Notes: generated from the sequence alone by a model not told the origin. A stretch of DNA of 64,000 bases from an uncultured Acidobacteriaceae bacterium (GCA_963777205.1 CAVZPQ010000004.1:71444-135443), one strand, 5' to 3'; shown: positions 1 to 13,302, counted from the first letter of the stretch. Made by a program: numbers and translations.

Positions 1-65
1 CGCCTGCGGCTTGCATCTCAGTGTCGAGACAGGCGTACACTCTCGGACTTAGGAGACCTGGAAGC

Positions 66-474
66 ATGACGACATCACTCGACGACGGCACCATGGTCGA
101 CAAGTTTGCGCAATTTGACCTGAACAGCGAAATCGCCGAAGCCGCGCAGAAGAAGCCCTGGCCCGCCGGTCACTTCGCGAAGATGCTTTTCAAGAAACAC
201 GACCTCCGCATCCTGCTCATCTCCATGGAGCCCGGCGCGCGCATGAACGAGCACCACGCCGACGGCACCATCTCCGTCCAGGTCCTCTCGCGGCCGCATC
301 CGCATCAACGTCGCCGGCCATCCGCACGAGCTCCCCACCGGCAGCCTCTTCACGCTCGGGGCCTCCATCCGTCACGACGTCGAAGCGCTCGAAGACGCAG
401 CCTTCCTCCTCACCATCTCCTGGCCCACCACGGAAGAGCTCGCCGCCATGAAGCACCGCGGCTACGGAACTTAA
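66..474 (+). CDS. Cupin-domain protein (one frameshift near 290)
   Basis: AGGAG at 51-55, ATG at 66. 'MEPGARMNEHHADGTISVQVL' continues in another frame as 'GRIRINVAGHPHELPTGSLFTLGASIRHDVEALEDAAFLLTISWP...' to TAA at 472-474. Cupin H-x-H...H pattern. Confidence 0.8.
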
Positions 475-482
475 CTCGCGAG

Positions 483-848
483 CTACATCGTCCCGGGCTT
501 CGGTTGGAAGATCGCAATGCTGGATCCCGCCGGATCGCTCAGCACCGAAAACCAGCCGACGTTCGGGATCTCCTGCGAATTCACATGAACCTGCGCGCCC
601 AGAGACTTTGCCTTCTCCGTCGCCTTTTTAATGTCCTCGACTCCAACGTAGGCCAGCCATCCCGGCGCGCCGCCCTGCATCGAAAACATTCCGCCGCCTG
701 GTCCACTGTCCGGCTTGAACGTGCTGTAGACGCCATGCGGTCCCATATCCATATCGTTGAACTGCCAGCCAAACATCTCGCTGTAGAACTGCTTCGCCTT
801 CGCTGGATCCGACGTATTCAGCTCCAGATGCACAAACGGATTCGCCAT
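483..848 (-). CDS. VOC/glyoxalase-bleomycin resistance family protein
   Basis: MANPFVHLELNTSDPAKAKQFYSEMFGWQF...GWLAYVGVEDI...GWFSVLSDPAG; AAGGAG upstream. Confidence 0.9.
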   Translation of the reverse strand: MANPFVHLELNTSDPAKAKQFYSEMFGWQFNDMDMGPHGVYSTFKPDSGPGGGMFSMQGGAPGWLAYVGVEDIKKATEKAKSLGAQVHVNSQEIPNVGWFSVLSDPAGSSIAIFQPKPGTM

Positions 849-905
849 ATGGTTCTCCTTGCATAGCATGATCTCGCAGCCGCGATTTACGCCAACATAT
901 TAGCC

Positions 906-2249
906 TCAGCTCGCAGGCTCCGGCGCGATTTTTACCGCTTGTTCAGTGTCATTCGCAACATTAGCCGGCCGCGCCCGCATTACCCACGCCAGGCAGCCGA
1001 TGCAGACCAGCCACGGCACGCATAAACTGCCGATCCCAATCGGAAATCCTCCCGTCTCATCCCGCATCCATCCCATCCAGTACGGCCCGGCGAACCCGCC
1101 GAGCATTCCGCACATGTTCATCGTCGCAATCGCCAGCGCTCCCTCGTCGCCACGAAACAGCTCCGTCGCAACCGCCAGCCACGGCCCCTGCAGCGCCGAG
1201 AACGCCACAATCATCAGCAGCAACGCCGCCGCCGCCAACACTCCGTGCAGATTCACCCCTGCAAACAACATCAGCAACGCCAGTACGATCAGCGGAACAA
1301 TCGCATGCCAGCGCCGCTCCCCTGTTCTGTCCGAATGCATCGCGTTCAACAGCATCGCCGCTGCGCCCATCACACCGCTTGCCGCGATAAGGTAGCCGAC
1401 GGCTTGCGCCGTCAGTCCGGTCAGCGTGCGCACCAACTGGGGAAGAAAGAAACTCAAAGCGTAGTACCCGGCCAGCATGCAGACCCCGAACAAACCCAGG
1501 GCCCACACCCGCATATCGCCAAACACCGCCCGCAGCGCCTCTTTGCGATCGCCATGGCTCAGTGCTATTGTCCCAGTCGCAACCTCCGTCTCGAGTGCCT
1601 CGCGTTCTTCGCTCTTCAGCCAACCCGCCGCCGACGGCCTCTCCGATAACGTGAACCACATCACCACGCCCAGCACTACGGCCGGCATTCCCTCCACGAG
1701 AAACAGCCACTGCCAGCCGCGCATGCCCAGTCTGCCATCCAGCCGCAGCAGCGCTCCCGCGAAAGCGCCCATCACCGTCGAACTCAACGGCAGCGCGATA
1801 TAGAACAGGCTGATGGCGCGCGCCCGCTCCTTCGACGGAAACCACAGCGACAAAAAGTAAATCGCGCCCGGCCAGTATCCAGCCTCTGCCGCGCCCAGCA
1901 ACAGCCGCATTCCATAAAAGCTTGCATGCCCGCGCACAAACAACATCGCCATCGCGAGCAGGCCCCACGTCACCATGATCCGCGCCAACCATCTGCGCGC
2001 GCCAAACTTCAGCAGCAGCCAGTTCGACGGCACCTCGCACAGCGCGTAGCTAACAAAGAACAACCCCGCGCCCAGCCCGTACACGTACGGCGTAAAGTGC
2101 AGATCGTTGTTCATCGGCTCCGCGGCAAAGCTGATGTTCGCCCGGTCCATGAATGCCACGAGATAGCAGATCGAGAGCAGCGGAAGAATCCGCCACCGCG
2201 CCTTCCTCAACGCTGACTGCAAAGGATCCCGGCCCGCGATGCTCTTCAT
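906..2249 (-). CDS. MFS transporter, anion:cation symporter (tartrate/aromatic acid-like)
   Basis: 'YLVAFMDRANISFA', 'GAGLFFVSYALCEVPSN', 'RLLLGAAEAGYWPG', 'GWQWLFLVEG', 'SDRTGERRWH'; about 12 hydrophobic segments. Confidence 0.9.
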   Translation of the reverse strand: MKSIAGRDPLQSALRKARWRILPLLSICYLVAFMDRANISFAAEPMNNDLHFTPYVYGLGAGLFFVSYALCEVPSNWLLLKFGARRWLARIMVTWGLLAMAMLFVRGHASFYGMRLLLGAAEAGYWPGAIYFLSLWFPSKERARAISLFYIALPLSSTVMGAFAGALLRLDGRLGMRGWQWLFLVEGMPAVVLGVVMWFTLSERPSAAGWLKSEEREALETEVATGTIALSHGDRKEALRAVFGDMRVWALGLFGVCMLAGYYALSFFLPQLVRTLTGLTAQAVGYLIAASGVMGAAAMLLNAMHSDRTGERRWHAIVPLIVLALLMLFAGVNLHGVLAAAALLLMIVAFSALQGPWLAVATELFRGDEGALAIATMNMCGMLGGFAGPYWMGWMRDETGGFPIGIGSLCVPWLVCIGCLAWVMRARPANVANDTEQAVKIAPEPAS

Positions 2250-2383
2250 CGCATCTGCCTCCGCGCCTGCTCTCGTGTGCCGTCGAGCCTACGCTCCGCC
2301 GCAGTCTGCCGCCATCGTTTTCTCGAGGGAGGTTCGTTCAACGGACCTCCCTCGCTCCCAATTTGAAGGCCTCAGCCGACTGT

Positions 2384-2828
2384 TCACGGCACGATGCCGC
2401 ACTCGATCCGGGCGAGTTCCACGATCTGCGGGCGAGCCTCCGCGCAGCATGCCCAAACGGCGGCCGCCCAGCTTCGAATCATCGCATCGCGTTCACCGCC
2501 AGGCGAGCTGCGCATGACGTCCAGCGCACCGATTGCAGCCCCGCCTTCAGGTAGCGGGACGGCCGGCCACACCCGCCGCCGGCGAGCCATCTGCATGTGG
2601 AAACGCTGGACCTGCCGGCCGGAGATCGCCTTCTCCACGCAGCAGTAGAGGCCAAACATTGCGAAGTTCAGCGCGATCCGCTTCGTAAGCGCCGAGGCAT
2701 GCTGAACCGCCCATGCATCGACAACATATTGATGCAGAAACTCCGGATCGCCCAGCGAGAGCGTGTAGTTGCACACGGCGTTATAGGCGTCGAGTTCTGA
2801 CGCGTAGCAGCCCTCTCCGCTCAAATAA

Positions 2829-2836
<8 letters not shown>
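2384..2836 (-). CDS. DUF5946-like hypothetical protein overlapping the secA stop
   Basis: 'FLHQYVVDAWAVQH...GRQVQRFH...RSWAAAVW' resembles DUF5946. The ATG at 2836 overlaps the end of secA; start is uncertain. Confidence 0.65.
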
Positions 2837-5888
<3,052 letters not shown>

Positions 5889-5988
5889 GGAAGTTGTCCT
5901 TTTTTGCAGCGCGCGGATGCAGCTATTGGCGCAAGCGATCAGATTTCGAGCGGGATAAAACAGGCCAGAGTGGCCCGCAGAAGAGCGC

Positions 5989-6312
5989 CTACAGAGCGGC
6001 GCTGCTACGGCCGAAGCTGGTCGACGCGAACACGGCGGCCGAGTGCTGCGCCGGCGGCCGCATCGTCCATGTGCAGTAGAACGCGGCGCGGCGCGGCGCT
6101 GGTATCAGGAGCGTCTCCGGATCAGCGGCTGAACTCAACGCGATACTCTGCGCAAGGTGCTCGGCGCGCGCGTCAGCGGCCTGACGATACAGCAGCGCGC
6201 TGATATGGTGGCCGTAGAACCCGCCCTGCGCAGAAGACGCGTTCGCCTGCGACGCTCCCAGCGTCGAGATCAACAGAAACAGGCAGGCGAGATGGCGAGT
6301 GCGCAGGGCCAC
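5989..6312 (-). CDS. Small secreted protein upstream of secA (possible SecM-like leader)
   Basis: 107 aa with a Sec-type signal peptide (RTRH + LACLFLLISTLGASQANA); contains 'WTMRPPA'; ends 100 bp before secA on the same strand. Confidence 0.55.
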   Translation of the reverse strand: MALRTRHLACLFLLISTLGASQANASSAQGGFYGHHISALLYRQAADARAEHLAQSIALSSAADPETLLIPAPRRAAFYCTWTMRPPAQHSAAVFASTSFGRSSAAL

Positions 6313-6356
6313 AGTATCTACAGTTTAGATGATTGCGCCCCTGAATTGTTGCTGTT

Positions 6357-7239
6357 TTATGAGGCGGGCTTCAGATACCCGGCCAGCGGAGTCCCCGAGC
6401 CACGGATGCTCGCCGCGACGCACTGCGCAACCAGATCCGCCCCCTCCGCGCTGGTGTGCGTGTGGTCCTTGGGAAAAAGCGGCGCCGTCTTCTCAGGACC
6501 AAGCGCCTCCAGCCGGTCCGCTTCCACATTGCCCAACTCGAGCACCGGAATGTGCTCCTGCGCCGCAACCTGCCGGATCCACTCGTCATAGCCCATGTCC
6601 CGCTCAATGTGGGCGCCGGCCGGGCAGGCAGGCTGCGTAGCCGCTCCGCAACCAGAACCATCTGGAGCCTTCCAGATATTGCGCACGGTTGTCGTGAGAA
6701 GCATCGGGTGCACGCCTTTCGCCTTGGCGTCATCGATCATCTTGCGCAGATACCACCCGAACGTATGGACGGTCTCCGACCTTGCCCGCATACGGTCCGG
6801 TCGTCTGGGCGACATCTGCCGTCTCCTCGCCCACCCCTTTCAGGTCACCGCGCGGTTTCGTCCCGCCCAGTTCGCCGCCGTCGTTGTGCCCCATCTGCAG
6901 CAGCAGATAGTCGCCCGCCTTCATCTCGCCCAGCACCGCTGCCCAGTGGCCCTCGTCGATGTACGACCGCGCGGAGCGGCCCGCAATCGCCCGGTTCGCC
7001 ACGTTAATCCGCGCGAGATCGAAAAACTGCGCAAAGTGGTCGCCCCAGCCCAGGTCCGCGCTATTCCGTGCCGTCGAGTCTCCAACGATAAACACCGTGG
7101 GAAGCGCCGGGTTCAGCGCAGCATTATGCGGCACGTTCGTCTGGGCCGGTGTGGGTGGCGGAGCATCCTGTGCGAACGCAGGCGAAGACAATCGAATCCC
7201 AGGGCAGAGCAAAATCGCAAAAGCGATGAACCGCAACAT
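6357..7239 (-). CDS. SGNH/GDSL rhamnogalacturonan acetylesterase-like (CE12); frameshift near 6780
   Basis: Signal peptide; blocks 'VGDST', 'GRSARSY', 'QMGHND' in ORF 6730-7260, and 'HTFGWYLRKMIDD...KDHTHTS' in ORF 6357-6815. Confidence 0.88.
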
Positions 7240-7299
7240 GCAGGTACGGTACCACTCCACAAACCCAGCGACCGACGCCGGAGTGACAGACGCGAGCCG

Positions 7300-7869
7300 C
7301 TACTCGCGCGACCGCACAAAGACCGCCGTATTCTTGCCGCCCTCGTTCGAATACGTCACCCGCACGCTATATCCCTTGTGAGGATCGTAGCTTCGCCCAC
7401 TCGCCACGCTCATGCCCAGGTCCACCACAAGGTGCGGGCCCAGCACAAATGTCTCCGTCTTGCCGGCATCATCCTTAACCGTCATCGTCCGGCTGTGCTT
7501 GTCGAAATTCACCACCGTGCCCTCGATCTTCTGAAACGGCCCTGCACCCAGATCCTTTATCGCGACTGCCGTACGGTCGTCGTCATAGCCGTAGTAATAG
7601 ACCACGGCGTAGTCCCCCACCTTCTGGAACTTGTTCGCCGCCGTTGCATCGGACCGCAGCGTGTTATCGAAGTCCAGCGTCACCTTCGCGTTCGGAGCGA
7701 GCTTGAACTCGCTCGTATCGCCGCTGTCCACCGTCACATCGATCGTCTTCGTCGCAGGATTGATCGTCTTCACCGTGCCACTCACCGCATGCACAATCAT
7801 CTGCGCGCCCGCTGTCGCGCAACACGCTGTCAGGGCAATCGTCAACACCACTCCAGATTTCCATTGCAT
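7300..7869 (-). CDS. Secreted hypothetical protein with two beta-rich (OB-fold-like) repeats
   Basis: Signal peptide; internal duplication 'VSGTVKTINPATKTIDV' / 'IEGTVVNFDKHSRTMTV'; GGAGG upstream. Confidence 0.75.
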   Translation of the reverse strand: MQWKSGVVLTIALTACCATAGAQMIVHAVSGTVKTINPATKTIDVTVDSGDTSEFKLAPNAKVTLDFDNTLRSDATAANKFQKVGDYAVVYYYGYDDDRTAVAIKDLGAGPFQKIEGTVVNFDKHSRTMTVKDDAGKTETFVLGPHLVVDLGMSVASGRSYDPHKGYSVRVTYSNEGGKNTAVFVRSRE

Positions 7870-7990
7870 AAGAAAACCTCCTCCTTACTAGAGGCTCGAG
7901 ACTCACGCCCGCAGCCTACAGAGCGGCCTGGGCCTCGTTTATATCGGCGTCCGACATGCTACACCGGCTCGCTTTCTGCAGGCAACACCC

Positions 7991-10501
7991 CTACCGAACC
8001 ACCTTCACAACCGCCGCATCCGGCCCACTCCAGGCCGCTGCCCCGCTGTGCGTCAGCTTCGCGCTCGCATCGTCCCAGCGCAGATGCGTGATCTCGTCCT
8101 TGCCCTGCTCATACGCATACGTCTGCCCGTCGTCGCTGTACAGGGTGAACTCGCCATTCGCCCCGGGATACACCCGCACCTCTGCAATCGCCTGCTTCTC
8201 ATTCGTGCTCAGCACCGGCACGCCCAGCGGAAGAATCGATCCCGCGCGCACAAAGATCGGAATCGTATCGATCGGCGCATCCACGCGCAGCCTCTGTCCG
8301 CCATGCACGCGCTCGTTCGTCCAGAAGTTGTACCAGTCCGTTCCCGCCGGCAGATACACCTCGCGGCTCGTCATTCCCTGCTCCGTCACCGGCGCAATCA
8401 GCAGCGCCGGTCCGAACATATACTCATCGCCAATCTCCGCCACCTTCGGATCGCTGCCGAAATCCATGAACAACCCACGCATAAACGGCGCGCCCGTCTC
8501 ATGCGAGTACCAACCCAGCGAGTAGATGTACGGCATCAACTGATACCGCAGCTTCAGATACTTCTCGAGTATCGGCTCGGCCTGCTTGCCATAGCTCCAG
8601 ACCTCGTTGAACTTGCGGCTGCCATGCGTGCGCATGTTCGGCTGAAACGTCCCGTACTCAAACCACCGCACATACAGCTCGGGATAATCGTCATAGTGCC
8701 CGACCTCCTCCCGCGCATCGCTCGGATCAATCAGCACCGGCCGCTCCGGCTTATGCGTGGACGGCAGGTACTGCCACCCTCCAATATCCGTGCTCCAGTA
8801 CGGCATCCCCGAGGCCGTAAATCCAATGCCCGTCGGCACCTCGCGCCGCAGCGTATCCCACGTCGGAAAAATATCCGACGACCAGAAGATCGTCCCATTA
8901 TGCTGCGCGCCCAGGTACGCATCGCGCGACAGAATCAGCGCGCGCCTGTCCTTCAGGTCCGCGCGAAATCCGTCATAGATCGCCTTCGTATGAAAGTACG
9001 GATACACATTGAAGTACTCCGTGCCCGGCCCCACATGCAGATAGCTTCCATTCGGCGGCAGGTCCGGCTCCGTCTCATCCGCCCAGAAGCTGTCGAACCC
9101 CAGCGACACAAAGTTCTCGTTGATCCGGTCCCAGAACCACTTCGCCGCATCGGGATTCGTCGTATCGATGTCCGACCCCGCCTTGTCATACGGCAAACCA
9201 TTCGTCGGCGTGCCATCGGCTAGATGCTCGAACCACCCATTCTTCAAAATCGTCGCGTAGTACCTGTCCTCCGGCACATACCGCGGCCACACGCTGATCA
9301 TCGAATGAAATCCCATCCGGTGCAGCTCATCATTCATCGCCTTCGGGTCTGGCCAGTACCGCGGATCCATATCCATCTGGCCCATCTTCGTGAAGTAGAA
9401 CCAGTCCACCACCATCACATCCGCCGGAAGATGCCGCTCGCGATACCCGCGCGCCACATCCAGAATTTCTTTCTGCGACGCATACCTCTGCTTGCACTGG
9501 ATGTACCCATACGCCGACTTCGGCAGCATCGGCACATCGCCCGTCAGCAGCCGATATCCCTCATACAGCTTGTCGTACGTGTCCCCCACAATCACAAAAA
9601 ACGAAACCCGCTGCCCCACCTGCGAGGTCCACTTCGTGCGCTCATTGAACGCAAAATCCACCCGCGTCTTCGACGGGTTGTCCCACACAATCGCGTATCC
9701 CTTGTTCGTCACCACGAACGGCACGCACACACTCGGCCCCGCCGCCGCGTCGTAATCATGCGCGCACTCAATCGACCTTCCGCGCAGATCCAACCCACCC
9801 TGCTGATTCTGTCCCAGCCCGTAGTAGTGCTCATCATTCGGCGCCGCAAACGTCGCTCCCACTCGAAAATAAGGGTCATCGCCCGGCCTGCGGTCATAAA
9901 GAATCTGCGCGTCGCCGTCCTTGTGATTCGGCACCGACATCTCCCAGCCCTGCATCGACAGCACCGAACTCCCATCCGGCCGCGTAATCCCAAACCCAAA
10001 CCCTGGCGTCGACCCAATAAAGTACTTCGCCGTCTCCGGCTGCGGCCCCGTCGGCGGATGCCACGCCCCCACCTTCACCACCATCTCCGGCGACCGATAC
10101 TCATCGCCCGCGGCTGAACTCGAATGAACCCACCCGCTCTCATTCGGCTGCGCCACAATCCCCACACCGGGCCCCTTCTCCGCCGCCGCCGCATCGAGAC
10201 TCATCGTCACGCGCACAATCCCCGGCGCATACCCTTCCAGCACCACCGTCGCATTGTCACGCTGCAGCACAACGCGCTGCGCGAGCGCACCCCAAGCGCA
10301 CGTACAAATCAAAATCACTCCCGCCGATATCCTCGGAATGCGGCGCCGATTGTTTTGGAGGGGCACGGCTTCAGCCGTGCCGTAAAGCCCTGAAGAGCAC
10401 CTGGGCTTTAGCTCCTGAGGCAACCTGCGTACACCATCCAGTTGTCGATCCAAAGAGCACGCCTCCACCGATATACCCACCGTATCACCGGCACTCGGCA
10501 C
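7991..10501 (-). CDS. Secreted GH31 glycoside hydrolase (alpha-xylosidase-like); start uncertain, possibly GTG at 10366
   Basis: 'YYGLGQ', 'ADVMVVDW', nucleophile 'FWADETEP', 'WSSDI', 'WSTDIGG', 'ELYVRWFEYG', 'EYMFGPALLIAPV', 'VYLPAG', 'IPIFVRAGSILP'. Confidence 0.93.
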   Translation of the reverse strand: MPSAGDTVGISVEACSLDRQLDGVRRLPQELKPRCSSGLYGTAEAVPLQNNRRRIPRISAGVILICTCAWGALAQRVVLQRDNATVVLEGYAPGIVRVTMSLDAAAAEKGPGVGIVAQPNESGWVHSSSAAGDEYRSPEMVVKVGAWHPPTGPQPETAKYFIGSTPGFGFGITRPDGSSVLSMQGWEMSVPNHKDGDAQILYDRRPGDDPYFRVGATFAAPNDEHYYGLGQNQQGGLDLRGRSIECAHDYDAAAGPSVCVPFVVTNKGYAIVWDNPSKTRVDFAFNERTKWTSQVGQRVSFFVIVGDTYDKLYEGYRLLTGDVPMLPKSAYGYIQCKQRYASQKEILDVARGYRERHLPADVMVVDWFYFTKMGQMDMDPRYWPDPKAMNDELHRMGFHSMISVWPRYVPEDRYYATILKNGWFEHLADGTPTNGLPYDKAGSDIDTTNPDAAKWFWDRINENFVSLGFDSFWADETEPDLPPNGSYLHVGPGTEYFNVYPYFHTKAIYDGFRADLKDRRALILSRDAYLGAQHNGTIFWSSDIFPTWDTLRREVPTGIGFTASGMPYWSTDIGGWQYLPSTHKPERPVLIDPSDAREEVGHYDDYPELYVRWFEYGTFQPNMRTHGSRKFNEVWSYGKQAEPILEKYLKLRYQLMPYIYSLGWYSHETGAPFMRGLFMDFGSDPKVAEIGDEYMFGPALLIAPVTEQGMTSREVYLPAGTDWYNFWTNERVHGGQRLRVDAPIDTIPIFVRAGSILPLGVPVLSTNEKQAIAEVRVYPGANGEFTLYSDDGQTYAYEQGKDEITHLRWDDASAKLTHSGAAAWSGPDAAVVKVVR
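10361..10430. repeat. REP-like palindromic repeat family A, copy 1
   Basis: GGGCACGGCTTCAGCCGTGCCG...GGGCTTTAGCTCCTGAGGCAACCTGCGT; near-identical to 10528-10598. Confidence 0.85.
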
Positions 10502-10527
10502 TGCGTCACTTCGCTCTGTTTCGTTAA

Positions 10528-10598
10528 GGGCATGGCTTTAGCCATGCCGCAAAATCGCCCATAAAGCACGGGGCTTTAGCCCCTGAGGCAACCTGCGT
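10528..10598. repeat. REP-like palindromic repeat family A, copy 2
   Basis: GGGCATGGCTTTAGCCATGCCG...GGGGCTTTAGCCCCTGAGGCAACCTGCGT; compensatory change CACGG/CCGTG to CATGG/CCATG relative to copy 1. Confidence 0.85.
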
Positions 10599-10676
10599 CG
10601 TCCGTCGTCGCGAGTAACACCGCCTTTGTCTGCGGCGCCGAAGGCGCGTCGGCTCCATGCAATGGCCATGCAATGG

Positions 10677-11877
10677 TTACTCGACCGGCAGCTTCGCTCT
10701 GTAGCCGTCGCGTGAAATCACCGAGTACTTCACCGGCTTGCCCTTCTCATCCTGCATCTTCAGCGGCTTGCCTTCGTTGTCCACCAGGTAAACCTTCACC
10801 TTCCGATAGCTTCCGTCGTTCGCCGTATTGGTCGGCTTGTAGGTCAGCACATACTGGTTCCGGATCGACTCATTGATTTGCGAAAACACATCCGGCAGCG
10901 CGCCCTGGAACACCGGCTGAAACCACATCCCGCCTGTCATCTGCGCAAACGTGCGCATCTCGTTATCCGCCTGCAGGTAGTCCATATGCCGCGCTCCGCC
11001 GCCCATGCCCATGCCGCCATCCATGCCACCCATCTCGCGCAGCATTCCACCCGTGCTGATCGTGAAGATCGTCACGTTCGGCGTCTCCTTAATCTTCTGC
11101 AGCATCTTGTCCAGCGTGATCTTCGACATCGTGTCGCGCCCGCTCGAGATCAAAATGATGTACTTGCGTCCCTCCACCCTGCTCAGCCGGTCGAGCATCT
11201 CGTACAGCGCGTCAAACTCGTTCGTCTCGCTGAACCCCGGGATCATCAGGCTCTGCAGCGACTGCGCAATCGTGGACTTATCGTTCGTAAAGTCGCACAG
11301 AATGTGCGTGCGCATGTCATACGTCGCCACCGCAACATAATCATCCGGCTGCAGCGTCCTGAAGAACGCCGCTGACGCATTCAGCATGTCGTTGATGAAC
11401 CAGTACGAGTTCGACGCAAACTCCAGCAGCATCACCGCCGTAATCGGCGTCTTCGTCACCCGCAGCGACGTCACCTTCTGCTCGACCCCGTCCTCCACCA
11501 CCAGGAAGTTGTCCGCCTTCAGCCCCGGAACAAACTGGTGCGTTTTATCCAGCAGAACATTCACATCCAGGTTCACAATCGGCACGTCCACCCGCATGGA
11601 GAACGTCTCGTTGTCCGGGTTCTTGATCTTCTCTTCCGCAGGCGCGGGCGGCGGTGTGTCCTCTTCCTTCTTCTTCGGCAGCACAATCCCATCCGTGCCC
11701 GTCACCGGCCCACTATCATCCGCCGACGGCTGCTGCGGCTGCGCGCGGCTTCTGCTGCTGAGTTGGCTTCTGCTGCGTCTGGTCACTCGCCGGCGCGCTC
11801 TGCGCCCAAACCGGCGCACCCATCCCCGCCGCCAGGCTCATCACCAAACCGACCGCACACGCCCAAACCCTCTTCAT
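10677..11877 (-). CDS. Secreted VWA-domain protein (acidobacterial VWFA type); frameshift in the N-terminal linker
   Basis: ATG at 11877 gives signal 'MKRVWACAVGLVMSLAAGMGAPVWAQ'. Core: 'FVPGLKADNFLVVEDGVEQKV', 'GRKYIILISSGRD', 'IRNQYVLTYKPTN...DGSYRKVKV...SRDGY'. Confidence 0.88.
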
Positions 11878-12045
11878 ACCTGCTACTCCAACGCCCTCAC
11901 GGGAACCCGGGATTCTTTACTCCAGTTCTACGCCTAACCTGCTCATTAAGACGAGTCGCAGCCCGCCCGGTTTAAGCCAGAATCCCTGAGCCGAAACTGC
12001 GCTCCTCGCTCTACTGTGTACTGTCTACCCTCTGCCGTCGCGTCC

Positions 12046-12151
12046 AGACGCACGAAGGGCCGCCGGGGGGTGCCAGCGGCCCATTCGCGTACGTCTAGCG
12101 CCTCCTATCAAGGGAACCGATCGGTGGGGGATCGTCCCGACCAGAGGCGCT
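12046..12151 (-). ncRNA. Candidate small RNA: two tandem hairpins with C-rich loops
   Basis: The minus strand folds into two long stems with loops CCCCACC and CACCCC; several G-U pairs work only in this orientation. TG-G-GATAAT extended -10 at 12165-12157. Confidence 0.6.
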
Positions 12152-12270
12152 CTTCAATTATCCCACATCTCCTCACCATCCGCCACAAACTCCCTCATCC
12201 CGCTCTGTTGTACCCTCAGAGTCATTCGGCTCAAACGTCGTACCGGGCCCACTGTCGGAGACGCACCCCC

Positions 12271-13302
12271 ATGTCGGACATCCAGGCCTTCGCGGCCCAC
12301 GCCGCCGGAGCCCAGCTCCTTCCCTTCCGCTACTCCCCCGGCGAGCTCCGCCCCTACGACGTCGAAGTCCGCGTCTCTCACTGCGGCGTCTGCCACTCCG
12401 ACGTCCACCTCATCGACAACGACTGGGGCATCTCCCGCTACCCCCTCGTCCCCGGCCACGAGATCATCGGCACCGTCACCGCCCTCGGCTCCGCCGTCCA
12501 CGGCGCAACCGCCGGCACCACCGGCGCAATTACGTTAGGCCAGCGCGTCGGCATCGGCTGGCAGGCCGACTCCTGCCACATCTGCGAGTGGTGCCGCGCC
12601 GGCGAAGAGCACCTCTGCCCCAAAGCCGTCCCCACCTGCGTCGGCCGCCACGGCGGCTTCGCCGAATCCGTCCGCGTCAACTCCCGCTTCGTCATCCCCA
12701 TCCCCGACGCGCTCGACTCCGTCTCCGCCGCCCCGCTCCTCTGCGGCGGCGTCACCGTCTACTCGCCGCTCCGCAACCACAACGCCCGCCCCGCCTCACG
12801 CGTCGGCGTCATCGGCATCGGCGGCCTCGGCCATCTCGCCCTGCAGTTCGCCCGAGCCTTCGGCAGCGAAGTCACCGCCTTCTCCTCCTCGCCCGACAAG
12901 CAGAGCGAAGCCCTCTCCCTCGGCGCGCACCGCTTCGTCAACACCCGCGAGACCGCCTCCGTCAAAAAGCTCGCCCGCTCCTTCGACCTCATCCTCTCCA
13001 CCGTCTCCGCCGACCAGGACCTCCACAACTTCATCGACGCCCTCCGCCCCAAAGGCACGCTCGTCATCCTCGGCGCCGGCCCCTCGCCGCTGCAGATCTC
13101 CGGCGCCTCGCTCATCGGCGGCCAGCGCGCCGTCGCCGGCTCCAACATCGGCAGCCCCCGCGACATCCGCGAGATGCTCGACGTCGCCGCCCGCCACAAC
13201 ATCAAGGCCGTCACCGAGCGCTTCGCCATGAAGGACGCCAACACCGCCGTCGCCCGCGTCAAGAAAAACCAGGTCCGCTACCGCGCCGTCCTCACCCCGT
13301 AA
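12271..13302 (+). CDS. Zn-dependent NADPH aldehyde reductase (Ahr/YjgB-like, CAD family)
   Basis: 'CGVCHSDVH', 'PGHEIIG', 'CHICEWC...C', 'APLLCGGVTVY', 'GIGGLGH', 'VRYRAVL'. Confidence 0.93.
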   Translation: MSDIQAFAAHAAGAQLLPFRYSPGELRPYDVEVRVSHCGVCHSDVHLIDNDWGISRYPLVPGHEIIGTVTALGSAVHGATAGTTGAITLGQRVGIGWQADSCHICEWCRAGEEHLCPKAVPTCVGRHGGFAESVRVNSRFVIPIPDALDSVSAAPLLCGGVTVYSPLRNHNARPASRVGVIGIGGLGHLALQFARAFGSEVTAFSSSPDKQSEALSLGAHRFVNTRETASVKKLARSFDLILSTVSADQDLHNFIDALRPKGTLVILGAGPSPLQISGASLIGGQRAVAGSNIGSPRDIREMLDVAARHNIKAVTERFAMKDANTAVARVKKNQVRYRAVLTP

